A stretch of DNA of 63,743 nt, filler included, from Dirinaria sp. TL-2023a (taxonomy: Eukaryota), in NCBI GenBank assembly GCA_051941275.1. It is 5 parts of 5 records of this genome, joined end to end, with 100 filler letters (N's around TTAATTAATTAA, not from the genome) between each part and the next. Parts side by side here need not be neighbours in the genome. Positions count along the whole stretch, not along the records: positions 25,598 to 38,259 come from JAVEBF010000749.1; positions 38,360 to 51,003 come from JAVEBF010000750.1; 3 more parts are not named here. The stretch is one strand, 5' to 3'. Shown here in pieces: positions 29,101 to 42,152 of this stretch. Numbering within the stretch: the first letter of the stretch is position 1; each line of letters begins with the position of its first letter. The notes under the pieces were generated by a model. That model was not told the DNA's origin. It worked only from the letters and a program-made list of their open reading frames with translations, and did no database searches. The position numbers were made by a program, and so were the translations under genes.

Positions 29101-30849
29101 TCTGATCAAATTTCGATCATGGGTGTAGCTTGGTGTTGGTGACGCAAGCCGAATCTCTTCCTCCTCGATTACCTGACGCTTACTCTTCACCTTTCGAAGG
29201 ATTGATTCCCTGGAGATTCGGGGTGGCAGCTTGAATTCACCAAGATCTGCAACATCGTCGTCCTCTACCGAGTCTTCCTGGCTTTGGATGCCGTTCTCTT
29301 TGTCTTGACTGTCGCACTCTGGGCTAGGACCGTGGCTTTCTTGGCTGAGTCGCCGTTCATGTTGTTCTGCTGCTACCCTCTCAGACTTGCCTTCGTCTTG
29401 GATCATCATCAGCCGCAATCGGTCCTCAATCGACATTGTGCACCCTCCCATGCCTTGAATCTCAGCTTTACTAATCGAGGGGGGCGAAGGAGGCGACGTG
29501 ACGTTGCGCTGAACACTGCTCGCCCGTTCAGCAGCGGCAGAGAGACTAGCATTCGAATCAGATCGGGGCCGTGGGAATGCTGGCATCCCCAGAGGGGGTA
29601 AAGGCGGCAATGGTCGGCGTTCGCCATTCGAGTTGACAGAGTCTGTCCTTGTAGGCGAGGGACGAGCTTCAGCAGCTGGGCTTGGCTTTGAGATCGGGGC
29701 GGGACTGTTGACTTCTCTTTCAAAAGGATCTTCAACACTAGCAGCTAGATCTTCATTTGCTGCTGCTGGACTCATGAAGCGCCAATCTTCAGGTAGAACG
29801 ACTGGAGTCTTGTCCGCGTCTTCAAGCGATGCGTCAAAACTGTCCTCCCGCTCGAAAGAAGAACTCCTGTCGAAGCTCTCATCTTGATCCTCAGCCGAGT
29901 CATAGCTACCATCGCGAGACCCTGAAGCGACTGAGGATGGATCTGGAGTAGTCATTTCGTACTCGTTGACTTGCGGAGGGGCAGCATCGAATGTTACACT
30001 CTTCGCGTGTCGGTGCAGCGATTTACCAGGGGGCAGCTGCCGTTGCGTGGGTGGCTCTTCATCATCCGACCATATGCTACTCTCCGGATCGAAAGCTTGT
30101 GCATGCACGTATCGACTCTTGCTTGACATTGAGGACTTTGTTGGGGAGACCTGGGTCTTGCTCAGCGTTTGGGTGGGCTCGGGATTGAGGTTGATTTTTT
30201 CATGGCTCCTAACGGGGCTTGAGACTGGGATCCTGCTGTCTTTCTGATTGTTGTTTCGCAGCCCCTCAAGGCCGCGACCAGCGAAAGCATTACCTTGCAC
30301 CTGGACGTTCAGGGGCCTGCCTGATGCCAAAGGCCGCTCTAACATTGGGCTTGAAGATGGATCGTATTCATGTTTATGCTCGCGGGCAAACATATTGCTG
30401 TTCTTGACACGGGAAGCTCGCTTGAGATTCTCGATCGAGGACCGTTTAGTGGGGGATGGCGAGCCATTGCGTTGCGTGCCTGCTACCTGATTTTCGTTGT
30501 TGAAACGAGCCGGTGATTCCCGACTCTGCCAGTACAGACGTGGTGAGTTCGAGGCCACAGGTGATGGATCGAAAGGTGAGGAATTCTCATTGAACATTGG
30601 TTTCTCAGTGCCTGTTAGTGCTATTCTCACATCAAAGCGGCAAAGTCCTCGGATTACCTTGGTAGCTTGGTGAAAGCTGGGCGAGTTCCTCCGCTGTGCC
30701 ATAGGGCTCAGCTCTGTGAGTGGGCGTTGCATCGCCTTGTTTGGAGATGTTGATGATGCTGTGTTCTTCTGGATCCGAAGTGGCTGGATCTGGATTGTAT
30801 TAGCATACTGCTCCGGATTATGCGAATGTGAGCTTACTGATTGAGACAT
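26124..30849 (-). CDS. BUD4: Anillin-like septin organiser Bud4/Int1 (C-terminal anillin-homology + PH domain)
   Basis: Long disordered N-terminus. GRLFVKVLRVKDLDLPLPK, TTAWLELGKTAPIGQEFEL, PH domain WEGHLSQQGGDCP/YWRRRFF...FRIRFANGETIDFYAD. Introns ~30657-30604, 28083-27955, ~27549-27496, ~26756-26695. Confidence 0.9.
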
Positions 30850-31665
30850 AGTGCTGTCCAAAGGTGCCTTCCCAACGTGTGAGATCCAGCTGCGCTTGTC
30901 GCGGCCTTTGTCCGGTCCGAGAACCCTAGGAATGTACTCTTGACCAGATAAAGTCTGGCGAAAGGATCAAGGTATTTCTAAAGTACTTAGACCCTACTTG
31001 TCTCCAAAAGCTGATACAGCTCTGCTGACAAAAGAAGAGATCTTCAGACAAGCCTGCGATCTGGAATACATGTATGTTGGATCTTGGTGGAAGAGGTCGG
31101 CAGAAGGTCGCGGGAGCAGGCGCGAGATACTTAGATTCAACACGCTATGACCACAAAAGGCTTAGGGCTGTTGTCACAGCAACAACCCTAGCAAAAGCAT
31201 CTGTACGCGTACCTGGATTGAGTAGTGTAAATGACTGGCTAGAGTTTTCATTTTGTCGATGCAGGTGCGAGAGCTGCGCATATGCAGTTCATCTTACTTG
31301 AGATACCGCAACCCTTTGGTTTCGTCTACGAAGCGCAGTACGGAGTACTGGCTGTCCTCGTCAGACCAGCAGGAGACTACCTTAGGTACGGTACTCTGTA
31401 GGGTAGTCCTCGTTTAATGCAGTCCGTGCATCACATGTCGTAAATCTAAGGAATCAAATTACGTACCGTCGGTTCCTTAACCTTCACAAATCCTTTGATC
31501 TCGCATAGATTTGCAGACCCTTTGCAAGACGCATGTCTAATTAGGGTCGGAGCTTTCCAGCGGCCTATGAAGCCTTGAGTGCTTACTCATCATTCCCGCC
31601 CCGTCTCCTCCACGGCATCACGATAGACACTGATTCATCTTCGGCACCTACGCAACCACCCACGA

Positions 31666-33570
31666 ATGTTGTTAGCTTCTCGGCAGCCTATCTGCCTTTC
31701 ATGTCAATACGAGATCATCACAAGAGGAGCACAGACCGGATCATACCCATCATGGCACCCTTCGCGTGGCCTTGCACAAGCCCAACGCCGCCGTCCTCCT
31801 CCATCGAGGATGGTTTTATCGCCCAAGGTCTCTCGTTCATCCGGCGCACCTACTAAATCGTCAAAAAGGCCCAGCAGTAACCCCTTTAGCGGTCTTAATC
31901 AGACAGAAGCTGGCATTTCCTTGCAGCCACGCTCGCGTTTCGCCGCCGAGCAAATGAGAAGCGCAGGAGGGAAGAAGCAAACAGAGTCCAGAAAGGGGAC
32001 TTCAGGCACATTCAAGGCGCTTAAAATGCAAAGGGCATTAGCTTCAGTTCCGTACGGGCATAGAAATACTGTCAAAGAAATGATAAGCAATGTCCAGACC
32101 TTCGACGACTTCTCTCTCCTACCAGTAATAAAGGAGGCGATAGCTACAAACGCACTGTCTGGTCTGGAATATGTCACACCAACACCGGTACAACGCCTTG
32201 CCATCCCAGCATTACTGGGCCAGCCGGTGAAGTCTACTAGACGACCTAGTTCGGCTAAGGAGGGGGAAATGAATCAATTTCTTCTCGCTGCAGAGACTGG
32301 ATCCGGGAAAACTCTAGCCTATCTACTGCCAACTATTGACGCTGTCAAGAGGGCCGAAGCAGCAGATGCTGATATTGAAGCGTACGAAAAGGCTCGGCAG
32401 GACGAAGAACGCAGAAACAATAACCCATTCGAGCTGGAGCCACCTCAGTCAGACGAACCGCACCCGACTACTGGCAGACCTCGCGCGATAATACTCGTAC
32501 CTACATCGGAGCTCGTTACGCAAGTAGGAACCGTTGTAAAATCGCTCTCTCATAAAGTCAAGTTCCGCTCTGCTCTCCTCTCTTCAGCGTACACCGGTCG
32601 TGTGATACGCAACCGCTTATTTACGCCAACCGGCGTTGACGTCGTCGTATCGACGCCACATCTGCTTTCTAGTATCGCCGAGTCTGACCCTAATATTCTC
32701 AGTCGTGTTTCTCATCTCGTCATTGACGAGGCTGATTCATTACTAGACCGTTCTTTTACTCCTTCGACATCAGCCATTGTTGATAAAGCTACTCCCTCTC
32801 TTCGCCAGTTGATCCTCTGCTCCGCCACCATACCAAGGGGTCTTGACTCATACCTTCATCGGCGATTTCCTGATATCAATCGTCTTGTCACCCCGAATCT
32901 CCATGCTATTCCTCGGAGGGTCCAGCTGGGGGTAATGGATGTCACCAAAGATCCGTACAGAGGGAACAAGGACCTTGCATGTGCGGAGAGTATTTGGACC
33001 ATTGGAAAATCTGCTGCGGAGCAGGCCACGAGTAGTTCCGGAGAGCTCGATGCGGAACGGCTAGATGTCAAACGGATCTTGGTATTTGTCAACGAGCGCG
33101 AAAAAACACAAGAGCTAGCAGATTATCTAAATTCTAAGGGCATTGACGCGGTAGCATTGAACAGAGACGCCCCCGAGCTACGTCAGTCGGAGACCTTGGG
33201 GATTTTCACATCTGCGACGAAGGAGACCGTTCCGCTGATGGCCAAGAACCCCACGACACAGTCAGATGGAACGAATTACCGGCCAGCCAATCGCTCGCCC
33301 AGTCAACCGGTCTCAGTCAGGCGGCAGCTACCTAACACGAAAGTGCTGGTAAGTACAGACCTCGGCTCCAGAGGGATTGATACGGTCGCTGTGCGGCATG
33401 TAATTTTGTACGATGTTCCGCACTCGACGATTGACTTCATCCACCGGCTGGGAAGAACGGGACGAATGGGACGGCGGGGCCGCGCAATTGTACTCGTCGG
33501 CAAGGGGGATCGAGGTGACGTCGTCAGAGAAGTCAGGGAGGGCATGTTCCAGGGTCAAGCGCTGATCTGA
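31666..33570 (+). CDS. MRH4: Mitochondrial DEAD-box RNA helicase
   Basis: Basic presequence, Q motif PTPVQRLAIP, AETGSGKT, PTSEL, DEAD, SAT, SRGID, HRLGRTGRMG. Intronless. Confidence 0.9.
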   Translation: MLLASRQPICLSCQYEIITRGAQTGSYPSWHPSRGLAQAQRRRPPPSRMVLSPKVSRSSGAPTKSSKRPSSNPFSGLNQTEAGISLQPRSRFAAEQMRSAGGKKQTESRKGTSGTFKALKMQRALASVPYGHRNTVKEMISNVQTFDDFSLLPVIKEAIATNALSGLEYVTPTPVQRLAIPALLGQPVKSTRRPSSAKEGEMNQFLLAAETGSGKTLAYLLPTIDAVKRAEAADADIEAYEKARQDEERRNNNPFELEPPQSDEPHPTTGRPRAIILVPTSELVTQVGTVVKSLSHKVKFRSALLSSAYTGRVIRNRLFTPTGVDVVVSTPHLLSSIAESDPNILSRVSHLVIDEADSLLDRSFTPSTSAIVDKATPSLRQLILCSATIPRGLDSYLHRRFPDINRLVTPNLHAIPRRVQLGVMDVTKDPYRGNKDLACAESIWTIGKSAAEQATSSSGELDAERLDVKRILVFVNEREKTQELADYLNSKGIDAVALNRDAPELRQSETLGIFTSATKETVPLMAKNPTTQSDGTNYRPANRSPSQPVSVRRQLPNTKVLVSTDLGSRGIDTVAVRHVILYDVPHSTIDFIHRLGRTGRMGRRGRAIVLVGKGDRGDVVREVREGMFQGQALI

Positions 33571-33921
33571 TCGACTTTCGAGATGCGTCAGTACAAGATG
33601 TGATGAAGCTCTTTGTCATCGTGATCCTCTCTCAAGTCTTTGAGCGGCATTCAGATACCCAACATATGATGATCCCGTGGGGTTTGGATGGCATTTTTCG
33701 CGCTTTGTCCCTGGTAGCGATACTTCTGAAATCGTTGCTTGTGCGGTTTAATGGGAAAGGAGCGATATCTTCACGAATAACATCAACGGCATCACCTGCA
33801 GCCATTATGCAGAGAGTTCGGAATGTCGACAACTGTTCATGTACTCATGTACTCATACCTTAAGGTACGCGAGAGATATCCAAACATTATTCTAGTACAT
33901 GATTATCAGGTCGGCCTTGGC

Positions 33922-33955
33922 TAAGAATGGAATATTAAGAATGGAATATTAAGAG
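33922..33955. repeat. 14-bp tandem duplication TAAGAATGGAATAT
   Basis: TAAGAATGGAATAT TAAGAATGGAATAT TAAGA. Confidence 0.85.
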
Positions 33956-34450
33956 TTGACTCGATTGAGCGATTTGAGCCAGTGGTTAATTTTACCCTAT
34001 AGCAGTCGGACGAATGAGGGTTCTAGATCGTCTCGTATCCGCTGGCGTTGCGGTTGCACTACGCTCGCTAAGGTACCCGGAACAGGGAGATGGAATTAAG
34101 CGGGCCTCCTAATTACGAGCATGGGCTGCATAGTGCATGCCGCATTTGCAACCCCGACTCGGAGGCCAAGTGGTCCAGTAGAACAAGTTGCAGCCAGCTT
34201 GCAGCCAACTTGCAGCAACAATTCCCTCGGTGCAGCCGATCCTGCCCGCTAGACATGGGCCTTATCCATTCTAGCACCAGATCCAGCTGCCTTTTAGCAT
34301 CCCCAGTTCCCCATGCCGCCCCTCTGCAAAAAAGAAGTTGAGATCTTTCCTCCCTGTTGCATGATCTTCTTCTGCTGCTTTTCCTTTATAACCTTGTCTT
34401 TTGCGCTTTGTCCTCGTCGGCATCCCACTCTCGTTTGAATCCTGGTAAAG

Positions 34451-35769
34451 ATGCGTTCTACGCTCGTTTCCTCGGCCATTGTCGCATGCCTGGCTTCCCT
34501 CACCTTCGCTCAGCAGAAAGCGGTCGACCTTACCGAATTACTCAATGCTCAGAAAAACCTGTCCGAATTCACGACTCTGATCACCACACAGTATGGGGAA
34601 ATCTACGCCAATCTCTCCTTCCAGAAGGAAGTCACAATCCTCGCACCAAGCAACGACGCTTTCGGGAAAATTCCCTACTCAACCCTCGGACCGGCGTTTG
34701 AAAGAAACCAGAGCGATATCGTTCGATCGGTGCTCGAGTACCACATCTTACCCGGTCTACATCGAGCAAACTCCTACAATGGCAGCTTTAGTTTCACCCC
34801 GTCCTGGCTGAGTAACAAGACTTTTGCGAACGTCACTGGAGGTCAAGTCGTGGGAGGTGTCCAGCAATCTGGAAACGTAAACATCTTCACGAGTGGCCTG
34901 GGATCGAGGTCGACACTGACGCAAGCTGTGTGTTTATGAAGCCTACAACTCGCGAGGTGCAACTTGCTAATGTTCCTTCTCAGAATCTCGAATTCACTGG
35001 CGGTATTGTACATGTAATCGATACGTTTCTTACGCCGCCCGCAGATTTCATTACTACAGCGCCCCAATTTAACCTCACTGCTGCCGGCGGAGCCATCACA
35101 GACACCAATTTGAGCGATTATGTCAATACAGCAACCGACCTGACGATTTTCGCTCCAAACAATGACGCTTTCCAGAAGCTGGGCACTTTGCTCTCCAATA
35201 TGTCGACATCCGAATTATCCAAGGTATTGGACTACCATATTGTCAATGGTAGCAATTTTGTAGGCTACAGCGCCAATCTTCCGAATGGCACCGTCTTGAA
35301 GACTCGTCAAGGCGGGAACCTGACAATTACATTCGCTTCGAATTCGCTCTTTGTCAACTCAGCACGTGTGATCCAGGAGGACCTTTTGATCTCGAACGGT
35401 GTCCTACACGTCATTGACAACATACTTGATTACAACGCGACGGAAGTCAAGCCCGTGCCTGCAATACCCACGCAGCCCGCTATATTGCAAGGCGCGCCCT
35501 TGAGTGGCAATGTGGTTCCCTTCGCTTCAGATCTACCAACCAGCGTCTCCTCGTTCGTCAGCTCCACTCCTTCCGCGGGCGCCTCAAGCTTTGGTCTCTC
35601 GGGTATCGGTTCGAAACCGACCGGTACGCTGAGTGCATCACCAAGTGTTACGTCTGGCGGAGCACTGCACACCTCAACCAAGAAAGGGGCAGGAAGCGTG
35701 GTTGAGGCTCCTGTAACCCACCTAGGTGGCCTCCTTGGTGCTATAATTTTTGGTGCCGGTTTCTTGTAG
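34451..35769 (+). CDS. Fasciclin (two FAS1 domains) secreted/GPI-anchored protein, intron 34928-34983
   Basis: Signal peptide, TILAPSNDAF/TIFAPNNDAF, LEYHI/LDYHI, GIVHVID/GVLHVID, Ser/Thr-rich stalk, hydrophobic C-terminus. Confidence 0.92.
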
Positions 35770-37123
35770 AGACGAAGAGTTTCCTCAGCAATACTGACCT
35801 GTTTCGTTTGTTTTGATACCTATTTGTTGAAAGCGAAGGAGTTTGCGTTATCTTTTGATAGATAAAGACCGGATAGGATGCCACAGGATGCATATAGGCC
35901 ATGTTGGCCGAAGACCATAGAAGCTTATAATGCTAATCTGTATATGGGCATGATGTTGGTGTCGCGATTGGGGTAAAAATTTTCAAAGCAAATTTGATGG
36001 TTCGAATTTATATACCTTACGTTAAGACATGAAAAAGTTTCATCTCGCAGACACGGACATGTTAACGAAATAGTTCCCATGTCTTGTCTCATAGTTGATC
36101 AATCTACGTACTTGCGGGAGAATATTATTAGGTGATCGATCTTTGGTGCAACTTCAGGAACTCAGTAGTAGTGACGGTTTAAGTTACGAGTACGAGTATG
36201 GGTAAGACAGCCGAGGGAGGGGTGGTGAAAGGGAAAGGAACTCCAAGGGGGGGAAGACCTCGTGTCCTAGAGACCGAAAATCATTTGGCACAACCAACGC
36301 CTGGTGACACTAGCAACACTAATGTAGTAAAGGTAAAAAAGTAGAGCAAGTTTCACCAACGCTTTCTTACATTAGTCATCAAAGTATCGGTGGATAATTA
36401 TTATCCTTTGGCAACACCAACTCGAGCCACTACACATGTACATGCGATCTTCAAGTCCAAAATCATCTTTCCGTTCCTGGATTAGGTTGACACCAAGAAG
36501 ACAACATCGCCCTCTGCTCGCTTGAGCCATTAGTGTAAATTATTTTCTTAATAGAAGCCCCCTACTAGGGGATATCAGGAAGCCCTTGCGGCAATCTCAC
36601 GGTTCGAAATCCAGAAATCATTAAGTCACCGCTATTACATACCATCCTTCCTACTGCCCGAGTAGCACGACAAACTTGCTAGCTTCCGCAGTATCTGCCC
36701 GCAAGACCTGCCTACCAAGGTCTCACTTCCTCCACGAAGCCCTCGAAGCGTTTGTCCGCCTTTGACCTCAAAACCTTGTATCAACATTGGAGGCACAGCA
36801 TACGACAGCTCGGGAACCCCGCCCGTTACGAGCTCTTATGCAATACCCTTGACACCCCTTTCATTTCGTGTATAGCATTTCCAATCAGGGCGAGAGCAGC
36901 GCATAGGGTCAAAGTGGCGCTCGACTGTTCGTTAGCGGTGTACAAGGGCGGAGGTGGACCTAGGGAGTAGGTGGATCTTGTTGAATATATCCAGGATCTG
37001 GGACCAAAGCCTGCAGCAACGGCTCCCTCGTCTTTTCCAATCTCGGGATTGCAGCGATCGCATAGATGACAGCGATCTCCGCAATCTCCGTACAGACAAA
37101 CCCTATCCGCTAAGCCAACGGAC

Positions 37124-38259
37124 ATGGATGGGCAGTTTGCAGTGGCCTCTAGAGAAGATCTGTGGAGGCTGCAGAACGAGATGAAGAATGTCTACGCCAC
37201 CCAATCCGAACATGCAGACCGGCTCTCACGCTTGGAACGCCGCCACGATGAAGATACCCGTATGAAGTCTGTCTGGGGCCCTCAATCCCCCTTCCCAGGC
37301 ATTCTGAACGGGACCCCGCAACAAGGTATGCTTGCTTTTCTATAACTGATGAGTATGAATGCTAAGACCTGTTTCCAGATCAAGGTTACAATCCTGCAGC
37401 CGAAGCTTTCAAGAATTTCGATCAGGACCAGTCAAATAGCTTGCTGGGGTCTCTACATCTGGATACTGAGGAAGAGCCAAGACGGGGAGCCTCAAGAGCC
37501 AACAGCGTCCGCTTCGATGAAAAGGCATTGCATGGACATTTTTCTCGCTCCTCTACCGAATTCCTCCCCCTCAGGACAGGCAGTGGACTCGGCAGCCACC
37601 CAATGACCGAGCGCTCATCGTCCCACAAATCAGATGGTCGGCAGAGCTCTGCCGGGCAGTCAGTCCATTCACTCCAATCAGCAAGAGCAAATAGTTTCGG
37701 GTTGGAGTCACGGCCACTTTCGGCTACAGTGCCTCCATTCGTTCCACTTGGTCCCCCTCCCGGTCTTTTTATTCTTGGACCCGTGCCTGCCATCATCCGT
37801 TGCTGGCTCTCAACCACTTTCTCTAACGATGCTCTCCTTTATGCTGCTGTCTGCACTGCCTCCTACAAGTCGGTCCTGGATCTCAATCTGGCGTCCCAAT
37901 TGGGCATCCAAGATAACTTGTCAGAAAATCGTGACGGCGAGAAGGTGCTACGGCTTCCAGTCTACCTACCTGAGGCTACAATACAGCAATCGTCTTCGCG
38001 TTCTGCTAGTCCTGCGCCGCAGCTACCGACGATGACCGTTGAATTTATTGTCCAAGACCTCGGCTCCAATCCGGACAGCATGCGGATCTTCCTAGGCTGT
38101 GACACACTGCGAGCTCGGAGCGCTGATATCCAATTTTCTCTCGATCGACTGACCTTATTCGATGATGATCGCAATAAGCTGTCGGTACCTTTAGTCCGAC
38201 CGGAAAATGCAAAGATATTCCAAAGCCTTCTCACGACCAATGTCCGGAATGACGAAGCT
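37124..38259 (+). CDS. Conserved fungal hypothetical protein, 3' truncated (intron 37326-37378)
   Basis: MDGQFAVASREDLWRLQ coiled-coil start, SRANSVRFDE, IIRCWL..LLYAAVC. The ORF runs into the linker. Confidence 0.75.
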
Positions 38260-38359
38260 NNNNNNNNNNNNNNNNNNNNNNNNNNNNNNNNNNNNNNNNN
38301 NNNTTAATTAATTAANNNNNNNNNNNNNNNNNNNNNNNNNNNNNNNNNNNNNNNNNNNN
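38260..38359. other. Artificial contig linker
   Basis: N44-TTAATTAATTAA-N44. Confidence 0.98.
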
Positions 38360-38682
38360 ACCTTTGACAGCCCAGCCGCATCCAGCGGCGATGCTACTGG
38401 CAAGAGGATGGCTTCACGCTGCATTCATGAAATACGAAAAAAATGTCTCATTGATTCACAAACTCCCCTCCAAGCGAATACGTCGGGGCTTAGAAGAAAA
38501 AATGATGTGAGTACTCAATCCTGAACGTACAGTCTTATCAGCTAACAGCGTCACTTGTTAAACCTTCTTTAGCAGATATTCAAGAATGTTCACCTCCTAA
38601 TTCACCTAGTCCCTGGGTGTACTCCGTTGTGATCATTTGCATTGAACGAGATCCTCCATATTCTCCGTTATTCTATCATTTT

Positions 38683-39901
38683 TCATTTTCTGCCAAAAAG
38701 CTTCTTTCCATGTTCTTTGAGCAACTTCCCACCATTATGGCACTTCTCTCCTAATTGCTGCTGCCAGCGCTTGCGCTTCGGAGATTCGTCTTCGCTATTG
38801 CACGTGGTCACGTTTGCGACCTTATGCGGCGGTGGTGGCTCATCACGGCGGAAATGTGGGATAATCTGGTCGACTTTCGTGCCCCAAACCAGTCGGACCT
38901 TCCTCCGGCCCTGGGAGTCGAACTCTTGGACCTCGGAAAATGTCTCGTTGCCATCTCGGCTGCCGAATCTTGTGAAGACCTTTTTCTGAAGCGAGCGAGG
39001 GCTATCGGATAATCGATGCACGGGACTTTCGGAGCCGGGATAGACCGTGTGAACCTCGCACAATGGATCAGTCGGATTGGAGATGACGTGCACGATCTCG
39101 CAGGATGTGGGCTCGTCATCTTCTGGCTCGTAGAGCGGCTCACGAAACAGTGGCTTGCTGGAGATACTCCCTTGACGGAAATAGCGTTGGTTCATCCGCC
39201 ATACCGGGTCTTGTTCGAGTGGAAGCGAGATTCGGCGTTGCGAGGGAGAAGGCTCGGAATCTCGCATCAAATTCTTAAGAGCCTCGAAGCTATCGGAACG
39301 GGCAGGCGTGTTGCTTGCTCTCGACGCAGCCGAGGGGGTCGAGCTTCTGCTGTTCTTGCGAGGACTATTCACCGAGCTTCGCGAGGCCCATTTGGCAAGC
39401 CGATGTCGGAGGGAGCTGGTGCCGCTGGATGCTGCTAAGCTTACGGTGCTGTCGTTGCCGCCTTTGACCCTTAGATAGAGAAGTGTCTGTTGACATGCCT
39501 CTCGGAGCTCACGAGCATCTAATGAACGTTAGCAAAATTGCCAGCAAAGGCATGGTGCCTAACTCACTCTTTTCTTCCTCGCTTTCATCCCCGCTCAATC
39601 GACGCGACAGTTTGACTAATTTATCATACAACTCGCGAGCGAAGTTATCCATTCGGCTCCTCTCCGCACGCTCCACTATCTTCTTCTCACTCTCGATCAT
39701 GTTATGGTAGATTTCGCTTCCCGCTCCAGATGGATGAAGAGGTGTGTTGCTGTTTATGCTAAAAGAAATGGAGCTGTACGAGCTTGCGCTTGGGCTGCTC
39801 GCAGGCCTATCTTCACTGGGAACATCGTCGGATTCTCGACTCAAAGGTTCCTCACATATCGATTCTAGATTGTTACAAGCTCGAGACATTTCGGACGCCA
39901 T
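38683..39901 (-). CDS. Hypothetical Ser/Pro-rich protein, one intron ~39567-39518
   Basis: ATG at 39901. A GTGAGT...CTAAC...TAG intron joins the first ORF to an open frame (ARELREACQQTLL...) continuous with ORF 39372-38683. Confidence 0.6.
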
Positions 39902-39947
39902 TGTATGGTTGTAGGCTGAGCAGATATTCCAATTCTAACGAGATTAA

Positions 39948-39995
39948 AAAGTGTGGGTATGGTCAAGAATTTACAAAGTGTGGGTATGGTCAAGA
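39948..39995. repeat. 21-bp direct repeat AAAGTGTGGGTATGGTCAAGA (27-bp period)
   Basis: Two exact copies at 39948 and 39975. Confidence 0.9.
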
Positions 39996-41450
39996 TTGGA
40001 CGAATGTCAAAAGAGTGTTGTACGATCTGGCAGGTAATTCATATATTAACGAAGGAAAATCTGAGGATGAAATTATGGCGGACAGTCATCACTTATATGC
40101 CAGCTCGTAAAGAGCCGCACTCAACAGAACTTGAGGGAACCAGGGGAATGGCGATGACTCTTCCTCGATGGGTTGCTCGATTAGGAAGAAAATAGTAAGT
40201 AGATGAGCGTTATTTGCTCAAGTTCGGCGATTGACCGAACCCCACTAACTTCAAATTCTTTCATGCAAGACATGGGAATGTTCCAAGCGGTAACCGACAA
40301 GAGCGGGACTCAGGTTCGAGGTCCTTCATCCAATCGGTTGGACAAGGAGTCACCACATCACAAATGGTACCTCTAGCCCAACCGTTGAAGGCTTGTTCAA
40401 CGCCTCAATCGAACATTTTCAGGGCCCATACTTGGTTGCCTGACTGTTAGTACCCAACAGCAGCTTTCGCTCACCATGTCCGAGCCACATCCGGGCAATG
40501 ACAGAATTGGGTTTTGTTGAATCGTGGCGCCGGATGCTGGGCGCCATACGGCTTCACGGAGGGAACTTTACCTCCACCGGAGAACAATATCCGTCAAGCT
40601 CCGTAGGACACTTCTGAGATGAAGGAATTTGCTCTTTGTGTATCATGATGCAAAAAACCCGAAGAAGATGTCTCGATAGCCCTTCACGAGAGTTAAAAAA
40701 ACACCGAGTGAGGTCAAGTTAAAGAAGGAGCACACAGGCGTGTCTTGTGCTTCTTTTTTGGCTCGCTATCAGACCAAAATCTAGCCAAGCTCCGTAACGG
40801 CATCACCCTTGAGCGTAGTCTCGCAGCCGTGCCGCATAGTCTCAGCTCCTAGATTTTACCAGACCCTCAATTGAATATTTCTCGTGGTATTGGTTGAAGC
40901 TTGATGACTGGCCGAGCCATCAAGATTTCAATTTTGAGTTCTCAATCAGGACACGGTGCAGAGACCGCCTATGCCCTCGAGGTGCTTCTTTGTCTTGGTT
41001 CATCCGTCATCCTTTACACCCTGATCGGAAGCTATTAGAGCAGATGATGCTCCAGCGTTAAATACAGACATCTATCGAGCGTAGTGGCCTGGAAGTTCTG
41101 TCTATGAAGGACGTTGCGACTCGCTTGTATCTGCTAAAAATCGGTGATAGTTCTCAGAATACCAGGCGCAAGGCTTGCACGCGACAGACATAGTTGCTCA
41201 GTGCTTTTTTTTCCTTTCTTTTTTTTAATTTTGTTTTATTTTCTTTATATTGGCATTTATGCAATCATTTTATCTATTTCGAGGGAATTAAGCCTGAACT
41301 GATGCTTTCATATATACGAAGTATTGATCAATTTTTGGCATTTCGTGGATAAAATGTCATCTTTGTTAGACACTCGGATTTTTACAAGCAGCGACAGTCG
41401 GACCAAAGGCTGGGGCTTAGTGGTACATAGTATGCAAGATTAATCGATAC

Positions 41451-41984
41451 ATCGACAGCAATATGTCTTTGACGTGTGCATGTGTGTTGCGAAACCTTGG
41501 TATCCAAAGTTCTTTCTCTCCCCTACATGTCGCATTGGTCACTAAGGTACTTACTGTCGTCCATCAATGTCTTCGTTCTCAACTCGATTTAAGATTCTAA
41601 AAGTCATCCTGTTTCCAGCATCCTTTAACACTTAACGATTTGTCGATTTGACAGTGGCACTATCATGGCGAATCGATCCATCGACATTTCGTGAAATCAT
41701 TATTGTGCTAAAATCTCATTCTTTCGCTAGCGCTAGAGAGAAGCGACTACATTGAATTCTGAGACAGCAAAAGATCGAAGAAAATTTTTCTTGATAGATG
41801 GAAAGAATTGTTGCTACTAAACGGGAGGGATGGGACGGCAGTTATATTTCTCAAAAAAAAATTTGTCTTGCAGACTGCAGATGTAGGGAAGGGTATAAAT
41901 TCGAGATGCCAAGGTTTCGCAACACACATGCACACGTCAACTGTCTTCGATGTCAACTTCGAATCAACATGCCATGCTGTCGAT
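41451..41984. mobile_element. Inverted-repeat-bounded non-coding element (MITE/foldback-like)
   Basis: Perfect 32-bp inverted repeat 41469-41500 / 41909-41940. Extra inverted matches at 41521-41528 / 41881-41888 and 41451-41460 / 41975-41984. Confidence 0.55.
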
Positions 41985-42152
41985 CGCTGCTGGCAATCGA
42001 AGTAAAAGCCGACAAAGGCCGAGGGTGAGGCTGAAGTGTGCCCTGTACGGCTGTGTGGCTGGCGGCGCTACAGCCTGATCTGTCGCTGTCGCGAAGCCCA
42101 AGTACTTGTACCTTACTCATGAGCTCTTTTGTCTTTGTCTTGACTCGCCATC

